Part shown: piece by piece, positions 1-7,827 of the stretch
Numbering within the stretch: position 1 is the stretch's first letter
Layout: every line of letters begins with the position of its first letter
Origin: Candidatus Sumerlaeia bacterium
GTDB lineage: Bacteria > Sumerlaeota > Sumerlaeia > SLMS01
Direction: 5' to 3'
Assembly (NCBI GenBank): GCA_038208905.1
Contig: JBBQYG010000084.1
Span: 1-16,598 of the forward strand
Length of the DNA: 16,598 nucleotides
Made by a program: the position numbers and the translations under genes
Notes under the pieces: generated by a model
What the model was told of the DNA's origin: nothing
Database searches by the model: none
What the model saw: only the letters and a program-made list of their open reading frames with translations

Positions 1-427
1 CCGCGGCATGGGCGAGGAGAAGGAATCGCGTGACCTCCGTGGAGCGAGTCGCCGAACGGAACCACTCGTTCTCCTGAGCGCGCCGGGCCAGCGGCTCGCA
101 ACCAAGCCAATAGGCATGCCACGCGGCGAAATGGCGGATGCGGAGGAACTGCTCCTCTGTGGCGCGGAGGCCAAGGCTCGCCGCATCGGCGATTGTGTAG
201 ATCCGCGCGACCGGGCGCGGAGCCGAAGGTGCGGCGACGCCGTCGGCTCCGATGTGTAGCCATTGGTCGGCACCGCAGCAGAGGTGACCCTCCGGGAGCC
301 GCTTTGCGAGCTGCTCGACGGGGATGCCGGGTGGAAGGAAGACGATCTCTTCCGGCACGCCGGACTGGCGTAGAAAGTAGGGGCCGGCGCCGAAGGGAAA
401 TAGGGGGGTTCTGCGTGAACGGGACAT
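1..427 (-). CDS. Hypothetical protein (3' end runs off window), downstream of a SAM riboswitch
   Basis: Translated by hand; absent from the ORF track because there is no stop in the window. ATG at 427 is preceded by AAAGGCGG. The frame is open to base 1: MSRSRRTPLFPFGAGPYFLRQSGVPEEIVFLPPGIPVEQLAKRLPEGHLCCGADQWLHIG...FLRIRHFAAWHAYWLGCEPLARRAQENEWFRS... No family recognised. Confidence 0.75.
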   Translation of the reverse strand, partial: MSRSRRTPLFPFGAGPYFLRQSGVPEEIVFLPPGIPVEQLAKRLPEGHLCCGADQWLHIGADGVAAPSAPRPVARIYTIADAASLGLRATEEQFLRIRHFAAWHAYWLGCEPLARRAQENEWFRSATRSTEVTRFLLLAHAA

Positions 428-428
428 C

Positions 429-463
429 GATGTATCCGCCTTTCAGGGGGTGGTGGACACATC
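429..463 (-). promoter_or_regulatory. Putative RBS-sequestering hairpin
   Basis: Minus-strand RNA GAUGUGUCC (463-455) pairs with GGAUACAUC (437-429), 9 bp with one G-U, extendable by CC/GG after one mismatch. The stem covers the GGCGG Shine-Dalgarno-like sequence just upstream of ATG 427. Confidence 0.5.
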
Positions 464-475
464 AGGAACCTGAAT

Positions 476-511
476 AAAAAAGACCGCCCCAGCGCAGGCA
501 TCAGGGCGGTC
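476..511 (-). terminator. Rho-independent terminator (riboswitch expression platform)
   Basis: Minus-strand GACCGCCC-UGAUGCCUGCGCUG-GGGCGGUC (8 Watson-Crick pairs plus wobbles) is followed directly by UUUUUU. It lies between the aptamer and the CDS start. Confidence 0.85.
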
Positions 512-529
512 GAGAATTCAGGCTGTGGT

Positions 530-647
530 CGAGACGAGTTTCAAACGCGGGCTGCCTTCCGCTATTCGCACATCGAGTGGCTTTCGCCGCTCATGGCACC
601 GTGTGTCTCAGCCGGTTGCCGGGCCCTTGCGGGCCTCTCCTGATGCT
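530..647 (-). ncRNA. SAM-I/IV-type (SAM-I superfamily) riboswitch aptamer
   Basis: Minus-strand RNA shows P1 GCAUC(646-642)/GAUGU(574-570), J1/2 AGGAGA, short P2 GGCCC-GCAA-GGGCC, and P3 GGCAACCG...CGGUGCC with the SAM-binding GCAACC/GGUGC core. It also shows P4 GAGCGGC-GAAA-GCCACUC, P5 GCGG...CCGC, and a PK-2 pairing of L3 UGAGAC (610-605) with the 3' tail GUCUCG (535-530). Short P2 without kink-turn plus P4, P5 and PK-2 is the SAM-I/IV layout. Confidence 0.85.
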
Positions 648-651
648 GGAG

Positions 652-682
652 ATATTGAGACATTCGGATGCCGTGATGTCAA
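652..682 (-). promoter_or_regulatory. Putative sigma70-type promoter for the riboswitch leader
   Basis: Perfect -35 TTGACA at 682-677. The -10 is weak (TG-T-CTCAAT at 17-nt spacing or CAATAT at 19 nt). The predicted start falls right at the aptamer 5' end (~650-646). Confidence 0.5.
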
Positions 683-847
683 CGGGGAAATGGGGAAAGG
701 CGGAAAAAGCGGGAACGGCGGAAAAAACGGGAACGGCGGCAAAGGCGGAATACGGGGGCACGTCGGGGGCATTAAGCCGAAACCGCAGTTCCCGTAGTTG
801 CCGCCTTTCCCGCTGTTCCCGCCTTTGCCGTCTTTCCCGCCTTCCCC
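683..847. repeat. Inverted arrays of degenerate 9-bp repeats (consensus ~CGGRAAMGG), REP-like long hairpin
   Basis: About 8 units at 683-754 (e.g. cggaaaaag, cgggaacgg, cggcaaagg) and about 6-7 reverse-complement units at 786-847 (cctttcccg, ctgttcccg, cctttgccg), separated by a ~31-nt spacer. Confidence 0.85.
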
Positions 848-1878
848 TATCCTTTCGCTCCATACTGCTTCGCATAGTACGCCTCATAGTTCCCGCCGGT
901 GCGAATGCGGTCGATCCACTCGGCGCGGTCGCGATACCATTCGACGGTGGAGGCGAGGCCGTCCTTCCAGGCAATGCGGGGGGCCCAGTCGAGTTCGGTG
1001 CGGGCCTTTGTGGAGTCGATGGCGTAGCGGCGGTCGTGGCCGGGGCGGTCGCGGACGTATTCGATCAGGGAATCGTCGCGGCCCGTGAGCGCGAGGATGT
1101 CGCGGACGACGGCGATGTTGGGTTGCTCGTTGTCGCCGCCGATGCAGTAGGTCTCTCCCGCGCGGCCCTTCAGCGCGGCCGAGATGACGGCGCGGCAGTG
1201 GTCCTCCACGTGGATCCAATCGCGGACGTAGAGCCCATCGCCATAGACGGGGAGAGGCTTCCCCGCAAGGGCGTTGGAGATCATCAGGGGGATCAGCTTT
1301 TCGGGATACTGAAAGGGCCCATAGTTGTTGGAGCAGTTGGTAATCACCACGTTCTGGCCGTGGGTGTGAAAGGCCGCGCGAACGAGCAGGTCGGACCCGG
1401 CCTTGCTGGCGGCGTAGGGGGAGTTGGGCGCGTAGGGCGTCGCCTCGCTGAAGCGGTCGGTGGTGTTGATGGGTAGCGCGCCGAAGACCTCGTCGGTTGA
1501 AACGTGGACGAAGCGGCGGACGCCCTCCCGTCGCGCCGCGTCGAGCATAACCTGGGTGCCGAGGACGTTGGTGCGGATGAACGGCGCGGGATCGAGGATG
1601 CTTCGATCGACGTGGGACTCGGCGGCGAAGTGAAAGACCATCGCCGGTCGGTAGTCCTTGATCGTCTCCCCCGCCGCCACCGGGTCGGCGACATCGCCAA
1701 GCACGAAGACAAGGCGCGGATCGTCGTCGATCAGGGGGCGCAGGTTCTCAATGCTCCCCGCATAGGTGAGCGCGTCGAGGACCACGAGGCGATCGCACCA
1801 CGACTCCGCGAGGGCGATGTCAACGAAGTTGCTGCCGATGAATCCCGCCCCGCCGGTAACGAGCCACGTCTCCGCCAT
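847..1878 (-). CDS. rfbB: dTDP-glucose 4,6-dehydratase
   Basis: VTGGAGFIGSNF, LDALTYAG, HFAAESHVDRSI, STDEVFG, YAASK, CSNNYGP and DRPGHDRRYAID motifs. Start reassigned to ATG 1878 (MAETWLV), which overlaps the upstream stop as TAATG. Confidence 0.95.
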   Translation of the reverse strand: MAETWLVTGGAGFIGSNFVDIALAESWCDRLVVLDALTYAGSIENLRPLIDDDPRLVFVLGDVADPVAAGETIKDYRPAMVFHFAAESHVDRSILDPAPFIRTNVLGTQVMLDAARREGVRRFVHVSTDEVFGALPINTTDRFSEATPYAPNSPYAASKAGSDLLVRAAFHTHGQNVVITNCSNNYGPFQYPEKLIPLMISNALAGKPLPVYGDGLYVRDWIHVEDHCRAVISAALKGRAGETYCIGGDNEQPNIAVVRDILALTGRDDSLIEYVRDRPGHDRRYAIDSTKARTELDWAPRIAWKDGLASTVEWYRDRAEWIDRIRTGGNYEAYYAKQYGAKG

Positions 1879-3008
1879 TACTTGCCTCCCGCCAGAACGC
1901 TCTTGAGAATGTCGCAAATCGCCTCTACGTCGGAGGTGGCCATCGTGGGGCAGATGGGGAGGCTGAGTATCGTTTCCGCCGCGCGTTCGGTAACAGGGAG
2001 CGAGCCCGGCATGGCGGGTTGCACGTCGGCCATCGAGGGTTGCAAGTGACACGGAATAGGGTAGTGGACGCCTGTGGAAACGCCGCGCTTGCCGAGGGCC
2101 GCCTGGATGGCGTCGCGCCCCTCGGTCTGGATTGTGAAGAGGTGATAGGCGGATTCGCTTCCGTCCGTCACGTCAGGGACACGGACGGCGTGGGAGGCGA
2201 ATGGCTCGCCGAGGAGGATCTCGCGATAGGCGCGCGCCAGCTTGCGCCGCGTGGCGATCCACTTGTCGAGATGGGGGAGCTTGGCGAGGAGGATCGCGGC
2301 CTGCAACGTGTCGAGGCGATAGTTGGTTCCCATCGACAGATGCTCGTACTTGTCGCGGCGTCCGTGGTTGACGTATAGACGGCACGCCGCGCCGAGGCCG
2401 GCGTCGCTGGTGGTGATGCCGCCCGCATCGCCAAAGGCTCCCAGATTCTTGCCCGGGAAGAAGCTGAAGGCCGCGGCGATGCCGAGCGAACCGGCCTTAC
2501 GTCCGCGATAGAGCCCGCCGTGGGCCTGGCTGGCGTCCTCGACGACGGGGATTCCGTGGCGCGCCCCCGCCGCGAGAAGGGCGTCCATGTCGGCGGGAGT
2601 TCCGTATAGATGTACAGCAACGATGGCGCGGGTGCGCGGCGTGATCAGGAACTCCGCCGCGCGTGCGTCGATCAGGAGCGTGGCCTCGTCGGCCTCGCAG
2701 AATACGGGCCGCGCGCCGGTCAGGCGGACGCTCTCCGCCGTGGCGATGAACGTGTTGGATGGCACGACGACTTCGTCGCCGGGGCCGATGCCCATGACTT
2801 GCAGGATCGTGTGAAGCGCCGCCGTGCCGTTGGCGCAACCGATGGCGTCGGTGGTCTGGCAATAGCCCGCCCAGTCGCAATCGAACTGGCCAACCTCCGG
2901 CCCCATGATGAACTTGCCGTGGCCTAGGACGCCATCCATCGCCGCGCGAATCTCCGGATCGATGGACGCGTGCAGCTTCTTGAGATCGAGGAACTCGAAC
3001 TTGCGCAT
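1878..3008 (-). CDS. DegT/DnrJ/EryC1/StrS PLP-dependent sugar aminotransferase (WbpE-like)
   Basis: ANGTAAL, GPGDEVVVPSNTFIAT, VHLYG, VEDASQAHG, SFFPGKNLGAFGDAG (PLP lysine), NYRLDTLQAAIL, VHYPIPCH. Confidence 0.93.
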   Translation of the reverse strand: MRKFEFLDLKKLHASIDPEIRAAMDGVLGHGKFIMGPEVGQFDCDWAGYCQTTDAIGCANGTAALHTILQVMGIGPGDEVVVPSNTFIATAESVRLTGARPVFCEADEATLLIDARAAEFLITPRTRAIVAVHLYGTPADMDALLAAGARHGIPVVEDASQAHGGLYRGRKAGSLGIAAAFSFFPGKNLGAFGDAGGITTSDAGLGAACRLYVNHGRRDKYEHLSMGTNYRLDTLQAAILLAKLPHLDKWIATRRKLARAYREILLGEPFASHAVRVPDVTDGSESAYHLFTIQTEGRDAIQAALGKRGVSTGVHYPIPCHLQPSMADVQPAMPGSLPVTERAAETILSLPICPTMATSDVEAICDILKSVLAGGK

Positions 3009-3012
3009 GGCT

Positions 3013-4053
3013 TCAGGGCTCGTCGGGAATGCGCGGCGCGCCGCCGTGCTTGATGGACCAGTCGCAGGCTTCGAGGACGCTCATCACGCGGAGCGCATCC
3101 ACCCCGGAACCGATCGGCATGGCGCGGGTGCGAATGCAGTCGAGGAAGTGCGCAATCTCCTCGGAAAGCGGCTCCTTGCCCGGCACCGGGAGCGATTGCG
3201 ATTCGCCGGGACGCACGGCAAGGCGGTAGCGCTCGAGCGTGCCCTCAGCCGCGGGGACGGAGACTTCCTCGATACGCTGGTGAAAAAGCGTCAGCGGATT
3301 CGCGTCGTCCACGTCATCATAGACCAACATGCGCTCGGTTCCGACGATGGTCATTTGCCGAATCTTGACGGGGTTGAGCCAGCTCACCTGAATCGAGGCG
3401 ATGACGCGGTTTGGGAACTCGAGGACGCAGAGCGCGAAGTCCTCCTGGGTGTGGCCTTCGCGAAAGGCGATGCCCCGCGCGCTGACGGAGACCGGCATGG
3501 CGCCAAGCCAGTGCAGGAGAATCGAAACGTCATGCGGCGCGAGGTTCCAGAGCGCGTTGCAGTCCTGCCGAATGCGCCCCAGGGAGAGGCGCTGTGCGAG
3601 GATCAGTTGCAGCTTGCCCAGCGTGCCGCTCTCGATCTCGTGCTTCGTGCGCTTCACCGACTCGTTGAAAAGGAAGGTGTGGCCGACCATGAGGACGCGG
3701 CCCAGCCGGCGCGCCTCCTCCACGAGGCTGCGGGCCGCGCGGAGCGTCATCGCGAGTGGCTTCTCCACGAGGACATCCTTGCCGGCGCGGAGGAGCATGA
3801 GGGCGTGCTCCCCGTGCAGGCCCGCGGGGGTCGCAAGCACGGCGGCATGGATGGCGGGATCGGCGGCCACCTGGGCAACGTCTGTATAGACACGGGCGGC
3901 GGGGTGCTGGCGTGCGAAGATATCGAGGCGGGTTGCATCTGGATCGCAGAGTGCGGCGACCTCGGCCCCCGGATTCTGGGCAAGATTGCGCAGCAGGTTG
4001 GGACCCCACTGGCCAAGGCCGCACTGGGCGACTCGGATGCGCGGCGCGTTCAT
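3013..4053 (-). CDS. Gfo/Idh/MocA NAD-dependent oxidoreductase (WbpB-like sugar-nucleotide 3-dehydrogenase)
   Basis: [43 protein letters not shown]. Start ATG 4053 overlaps the upstream stop as ATGA. Confidence 0.88.
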   Translation of the reverse strand: MNAPRIRVAQCGLGQWGPNLLRNLAQNPGAEVAALCDPDATRLDIFARQHPAARVYTDVAQVAADPAIHAAVLATPAGLHGEHALMLLRAGKDVLVEKPLAMTLRAARSLVEEARRLGRVLMVGHTFLFNESVKRTKHEIESGTLGKLQLILAQRLSLGRIRQDCNALWNLAPHDVSILLHWLGAMPVSVSARGIAFREGHTQEDFALCVLEFPNRVIASIQVSWLNPVKIRQMTIVGTERMLVYDDVDDANPLTLFHQRIEEVSVPAAEGTLERYRLAVRPGESQSLPVPGKEPLSEEIAHFLDCIRTRAMPIGSGVDALRVMSVLEACDWSIKHGGAPRIPDEP

Positions 4054-4658
4054 GGACGGACCGGTGGCTCGGGCGTGACGAGGCGCAGCCGACTGACGCT
4101 TTCGAGGAGATAGACGTGTCCCTCGACGGGGCATTTGTAGCGCTCGCCGACAAGGAGCGGTGGCAGCGTCTCTCCGCGAATGCCGACCCAGCCGATGCGG
4201 CCGGCGGGAACTCCGACAAAGAGCGCGAAATCGGGAACGTCGTCCCGCACCAAGGCTCCCGCGCCAACCATCGCCCATCGTCCGATCGTGACGCCGCAGA
4301 GGATCGTGGAATTCGCGCCGAGCGTCGCGCCGCGGCCGACCAGCGTCGCCTTGAACTCGTCCTTCCGCTCGATGGCGGCGCGTGGGTTGATGACGTTGGT
4401 GAACACACAATTGGGGCCGCAGAAGACTTCGTCATCCAGCGTGACGCGCTCATAGACGCTAACGCCGTTCTGCACCTTGCAACGGTCGCCGATCTGGACA
4501 TCGGTGCCGACATAGCACCCTTGGCCAATGTTGCAGTGGGTGCCGATTCGCACGCCTGCTCGGACGTGGGCGAAGTGCCAGATGGATGATCCGGCGCCGA
4601 TCTGGCAGGGCTCGTCCACGATGGCGCTCGCGTGGATGTTCACGTCGGGATGTTTCAT
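4050..4658 (-). CDS. wbpD: Hexapeptide-repeat N-acetyltransferase, WbpD/WlbB-like
   Basis: [68 protein letters not shown] and [10 protein letters not shown] are characteristic of WbpD. Start ATG 4658 (ATGA overlap). Confidence 0.88.
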   Translation of the reverse strand: MKHPDVNIHASAIVDEPCQIGAGSSIWHFAHVRAGVRIGTHCNIGQGCYVGTDVQIGDRCKVQNGVSVYERVTLDDEVFCGPNCVFTNVINPRAAIERKDEFKATLVGRGATLGANSTILCGVTIGRWAMVGAGALVRDDVPDFALFVGVPAGRIGWVGIRGETLPPLLVGERYKCPVEGHVYLLESVSRLRLVTPEPPVRP

Positions 4659-6079
4659 CGGGCGGGCGTTTCCATGTCGGACTCGTACTGGTCGGCACGA
4701 CGCTGGAGGCGACGGGCGGTGTGCGCAAGGGGCGCGAACCGTGCCCCGGCGGATTTCCCCGCGCGAATGGTGTCCCACACGCCATCCGTCCATCCGGGAA
4801 ACATGAGTTCCTCCATTTGGTTTGGATGCCAGATCGGGACAAAGGCACCGCCCGTGCGGGAGACACGCGCCATGATCGCGCGATTGATGTCCAGCGCTTC
4901 GCCGGGATCGAGGCCGCGGAAGTACCGGAAGGTAGTGTCCATCGAGGACGGGGGCATTTCGACTGCACCGTTCGGTAGCCGAAACGGGTAGGCCGTTCCG
5001 CGACGGAATCCCTCGTGCTCTCCGAATGCCATACTGCTATCCACGATGCGGCTTTCCGGCCCAATTCCATACTCTCCATTGTGCGGGATACGGAGATAGT
5101 GGGCGCGGTGGACTGCCTTGATTCTCGGTTTGGCGGCGCGACGCAGATGACGCCACTGCTCCGCGAGGAATGCCGGTTCGCGGTCCCGCGTGGCATAGCT
5201 GCTGTGGAGGCCGATGTCGTGGTACCCGGAGCGCGAGAGGGACTGGATCTGGCGCGTCAGCGCGGGGGAAAATGGACGCCCATAGCTGTCGAGGCGATGC
5301 GCCTTGAGCGACTGAAGGAAGAACGTCGCGGGGATCTCGAGCCCCTCCAGGGCCTCGCCCAGCTCGCGCAACTTGAGGTGCGGATCGGGAAGCAGGCCGA
5401 TGCGGCTGGCGATGCAGGCCCCGATGGCGCGCAGGAGTGCCGCTGGCCTATCTCGGCCGATCGCACGCAGATTCCGCGCGGCGGCCCGGCCGGCGAACAT
5501 CCCCGCGGAGTCGATGTCGAAACTCGCGCAGAAAAACCACCGCGACGCGCGGCGAGGATTCTCCACGCCCGCAACGCGGCATAGGGAGCGACCGAGCGAC
5601 TGGCAGAGTTCGTCGAGCCAAGGGCGGTCGAGCAGCCCAGCGTGATGGGCGACGCTCTCCGACGCGGGATAGCGCCCATGCTCGTCGGTCGGGTGGCCGT
5701 CCTCCTCCCACCCGGCGAAGTTCGCGGCTGCGAGCGAGGGTAGATCGAGGCGAAGCCGGGTCTCCTCGCCAGTGTGCAGATAAGGCGCGAGCGGATCTTG
5801 GGGGTCGTGGCGAAAGTGCGCCAGAACCTGTGTCAGGAGACCGCGATAGGGAAAGCTGCCGCGTTCCCACTCCTCGCGAGCCAGGTGGATTCGCGGCGTG
5901 TGGAGGGGAGTATCCGCAGGCTCGTCGCCGTCTATCATGAGGATCTGCGCTTCGCCGGGCTTCACGATCTTCAGCGAGAGGCCGGTTCTAAGCAGGACGG
6001 CGGCGATGGCGCGGCTGCGGGATGGCGTGGGGGGCACCCGGCCAATAACCGCAACGCGAAAGGGGCCGTCGCCACCCAC
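4655..6079 (-). CDS. Polysaccharide deacetylase-like (CE4/NodB-type) protein with N-terminal extension
   Basis: [61 protein letters not shown] and WHPN match the pattern of glycan-locus deacetylase-like proteins. Start codon (GTG) is uncertain. Confidence 0.72.
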   Translation of the reverse strand: MGGDGPFRVAVIGRVPPTPSRSRAIAAVLLRTGLSLKIVKPGEAQILMIDGDEPADTPLHTPRIHLAREEWERGSFPYRGLLTQVLAHFRHDPQDPLAPYLHTGEETRLRLDLPSLAAANFAGWEEDGHPTDEHGRYPASESVAHHAGLLDRPWLDELCQSLGRSLCRVAGVENPRRASRWFFCASFDIDSAGMFAGRAAARNLRAIGRDRPAALLRAIGACIASRIGLLPDPHLKLRELGEALEGLEIPATFFLQSLKAHRLDSYGRPFSPALTRQIQSLSRSGYHDIGLHSSYATRDREPAFLAEQWRHLRRAAKPRIKAVHRAHYLRIPHNGEYGIGPESRIVDSSMAFGEHEGFRRGTAYPFRLPNGAVEMPPSSMDTTFRYFRGLDPGEALDINRAIMARVSRTGGAFVPIWHPNQMEELMFPGWTDGVWDTIRAGKSAGARFAPLAHTARRLQRRADQYESDMETPAR

Positions 6080-6088
6080 GGGATGCTC

Positions 6089-6850
6089 TCAGCCGCCGGC
6101 GGCGGGGATCACCGCGGGAAAGGGGCTGCGGCCCTCGCGTTCGGAGACGAGGGAGCTTGCGTGGAGTAGTGACTCGAAAGTTCCCGCGTCCGTCCACCAG
6201 CCGTCCATGACGCTATGGCCAAGGGTGCCCGCGTGCAGGTAGGCGTTGTTGACGTCGGTGATTTCGAGTTCGCCGCGGCTGCTCGGCTTCAGGGTCTTCA
6301 CGATGTCCCACACCATCTCGTCATACATATAGACACCGGTCACGGCGTAGTTGCTCTTCGGCTGCTTCGGCTTCTCGACGATGCCGACGATGCGTCCGGC
6401 GGAGTCCACTTCCGCGACGCCAAAGCGCTGGGGATCGGGGACCTCGCGGAGGACGATGTGAGCGCCGCGCTCCTGGGCGCGGAAGGCATTCACATAGGGG
6501 CGGATGCTTTTCTCCACGATGTTGTCGCCGAGGATCACGGCACAGCGCTCGCGGTCGATGAAGTGCTCGGCCAGAGAGAGCGCCTCGGCAATGCCACCCT
6601 CGCCCTCCTGATAGGTGTAGTGGATGTCCTTGAGGCCGAACTCCTTGCCGTTGCCGAGGAGTTGGAGAAACGCGCCTGCCCAGTTGCCGCCGGTCACGAT
6701 CATGATGTCGCGGATTCCCGCGTCCACCAGGGCCATGATGGGCCAATGGATCATGGGCCGATTGTAAACCGGAAGGAGGTGTTTGTTGGTGATCTTGGTG
6801 AGGGGGTACAGGCGCGTGCCCAAACCCCCGGCGAGGATGATGCCCTTCAT
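6089..6850 (-). CDS. Sugar-1-phosphate nucleotidyltransferase, short RmlA/SpsI-type glucose-1-phosphate thymidylyltransferase
   Basis: MKGIILAGGLGTRLYPLT, NKHLLPVYNRPMI, VILGDN, RFGVAE, VEKPKQPKSNYAVTGVYMYD, SSRGELEITDVN, WWTDAGTFESL. Start ATG 6850 (ATGA overlap). Confidence 0.92.
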   Translation of the reverse strand: MKGIILAGGLGTRLYPLTKITNKHLLPVYNRPMIHWPIMALVDAGIRDIMIVTGGNWAGAFLQLLGNGKEFGLKDIHYTYQEGEGGIAEALSLAEHFIDRERCAVILGDNIVEKSIRPYVNAFRAQERGAHIVLREVPDPQRFGVAEVDSAGRIVGIVEKPKQPKSNYAVTGVYMYDEMVWDIVKTLKPSSRGELEITDVNNAYLHAGTLGHSVMDGWWTDAGTFESLLHASSLVSEREGRSPFPAVIPAAGG

Positions 6851-7827
6851 GGCCGCTCCGTTTCGGGCTTGGCGCCGTCGCCGATTACTTCGCGGACGAG
6901 GTAGAGGGGGCGGCGCTTCACTTCGTCGAAAATTCGACCGACGTATTCCCCCAGCAGGCCGATGGTCACAAGCTGGATTCCGCCGAGGAAGAGCACGCTG
7001 ACGGTGGTTGAGGCCCAGCCAGGCACGGTGAGGCCAGCCATACCCTGATAGATCACCCGCAGGCCATAGAGGAAGGCAAAGCCCGCCGTCATCAGCCCGA
7101 GCCACACCGCCACGCGGAGAGGCGCGGTGGAGAAGCTTGTTACGCCGTCCATCGCGAAGCGGATCATCTTGCGCAGTGGGTACTTAGTCTCCCCCGCGTA
7201 GCGCGCCCTGCGGTTGTAGTAGATGGGCTCCTGGCGGAAGCCGACCCAGCTGAACAAGCCGCGCAGGAAACGATTGGATTCGCGAACGGCGAGCACCGCG
7301 TCGAGCGCGCACCGGTCGATGAGGCGGAAATCGCCTGTGTCCACGGGAATAGCCACCTTGGTGGAGGCGCGCAGAATGCGATAGAAGACCGCGGCGGTGG
7401 CCTTCTTGAAGAAGCTCTCCCCCTCGCGCTTGCGGCGGACTGCATAGACGATATCGGCGCCGGCGCGCCAGCGCTCGATCATGCGGGGGATAAGTTCCGG
7501 CGGGTCCTGAAGGTCGGCGTCCATCATGACGATGACTTCGCCGCGAGCATGGTCGAGTCCCGCCGTCAGGCAGACTTGATGCCCAAAATTCCGGGAGAGG
7601 TCCACGCCGCGAACATGCGGGTCGGCGACCGCCAGCTTGCGGATCGTTTCGAGGGTGCCGTCCCGGCTGCCGTCGTTGCTGAGGACGATTTCGTACTGGT
7701 CTGTGACGGAGGAAAGCACCTTCGTCAGGCGACGATGGAGTACGGGGAGAGATTCCTCCTCGTTGTAGCAGGGGACCACGACGGAGACAAACGGGCGCGG
7801 GGGGCGCGGGGCTGGCTGAAGGCTCAT
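6847..7827 (-). CDS. GT2 polyprenol-phosphate glycosyltransferase, GtrB/YkoT-like
   Basis: SVVVPCYNEE, NDGSRDGT, LSRNFGHQ, MDADLQDPPELI, DTGDFRL, RFLRGL, two C-terminal TM helices, LLGEYVGRIFDEVKRRPLY. Start ATG 7827 (ATGA overlap). Confidence 0.92.
   Translation of the reverse strand: MSLQPAPRPPRPFVSVVVPCYNEEESLPVLHRRLTKVLSSVTDQYEIVLSNDGSRDGTLETIRKLAVADPHVRGVDLSRNFGHQVCLTAGLDHARGEVIVMMDADLQDPPELIPRMIERWRAGADIVYAVRRKREGESFFKKATAAVFYRILRASTKVAIPVDTGDFRLIDRCALDAVLAVRESNRFLRGLFSWVGFRQEPIYYNRRARYAGETKYPLRKMIRFAMDGVTSFSTAPLRVAVWLGLMTAGFAFLYGLRVIYQGMAGLTVPGWASTTVSVLFLGGIQLVTIGLLGEYVGRIFDEVKRRPLYLVREVIGDGAKPETERP

Noticed and set aside
8-477. Plus-strand ORFs 8..259 and 193..477
   Set aside because: Arg-rich, motif-free sequence antisense to the minus-strand frame that has an RBS and a riboswitch leader.
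530-647. c-di-GMP-I or canonical SAM-I riboswitch, or tRNA
   Set aside because: GGCAACC/GGUGCC with an AUC/GAU P1 is the SAM core, not the GGCAAAC/GCAAAG c-di-GMP pattern. The short P2 lacks the SAM-I kink-turn and pseudoknot 1. There is no T-loop or cloverleaf.
525-797. 90-aa ORF with GKGGKSGNGGKNGNGGKGG glycine-rich repeats (also the repeat-derived parts of 591..974 and 577..1476)
   Set aside because: These are translations of the 9-bp DNA repeat. They overlap the riboswitch and promoter and have no convincing RBS.
683-847. Possible CRISPR array
   Set aside because: Units are 9 bp, contiguous and inverted, with no unique spacers and no cas genes in the window.
2905-4113. Long antisense or alternate-frame ORFs (2905..4113, 3530..4528, 9664..10521, 11109..12230, 14355..15029 and others)
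   Set aside because: Shadow ORFs expected in high-GC DNA opposite well-supported genes, with no recognisable motifs.
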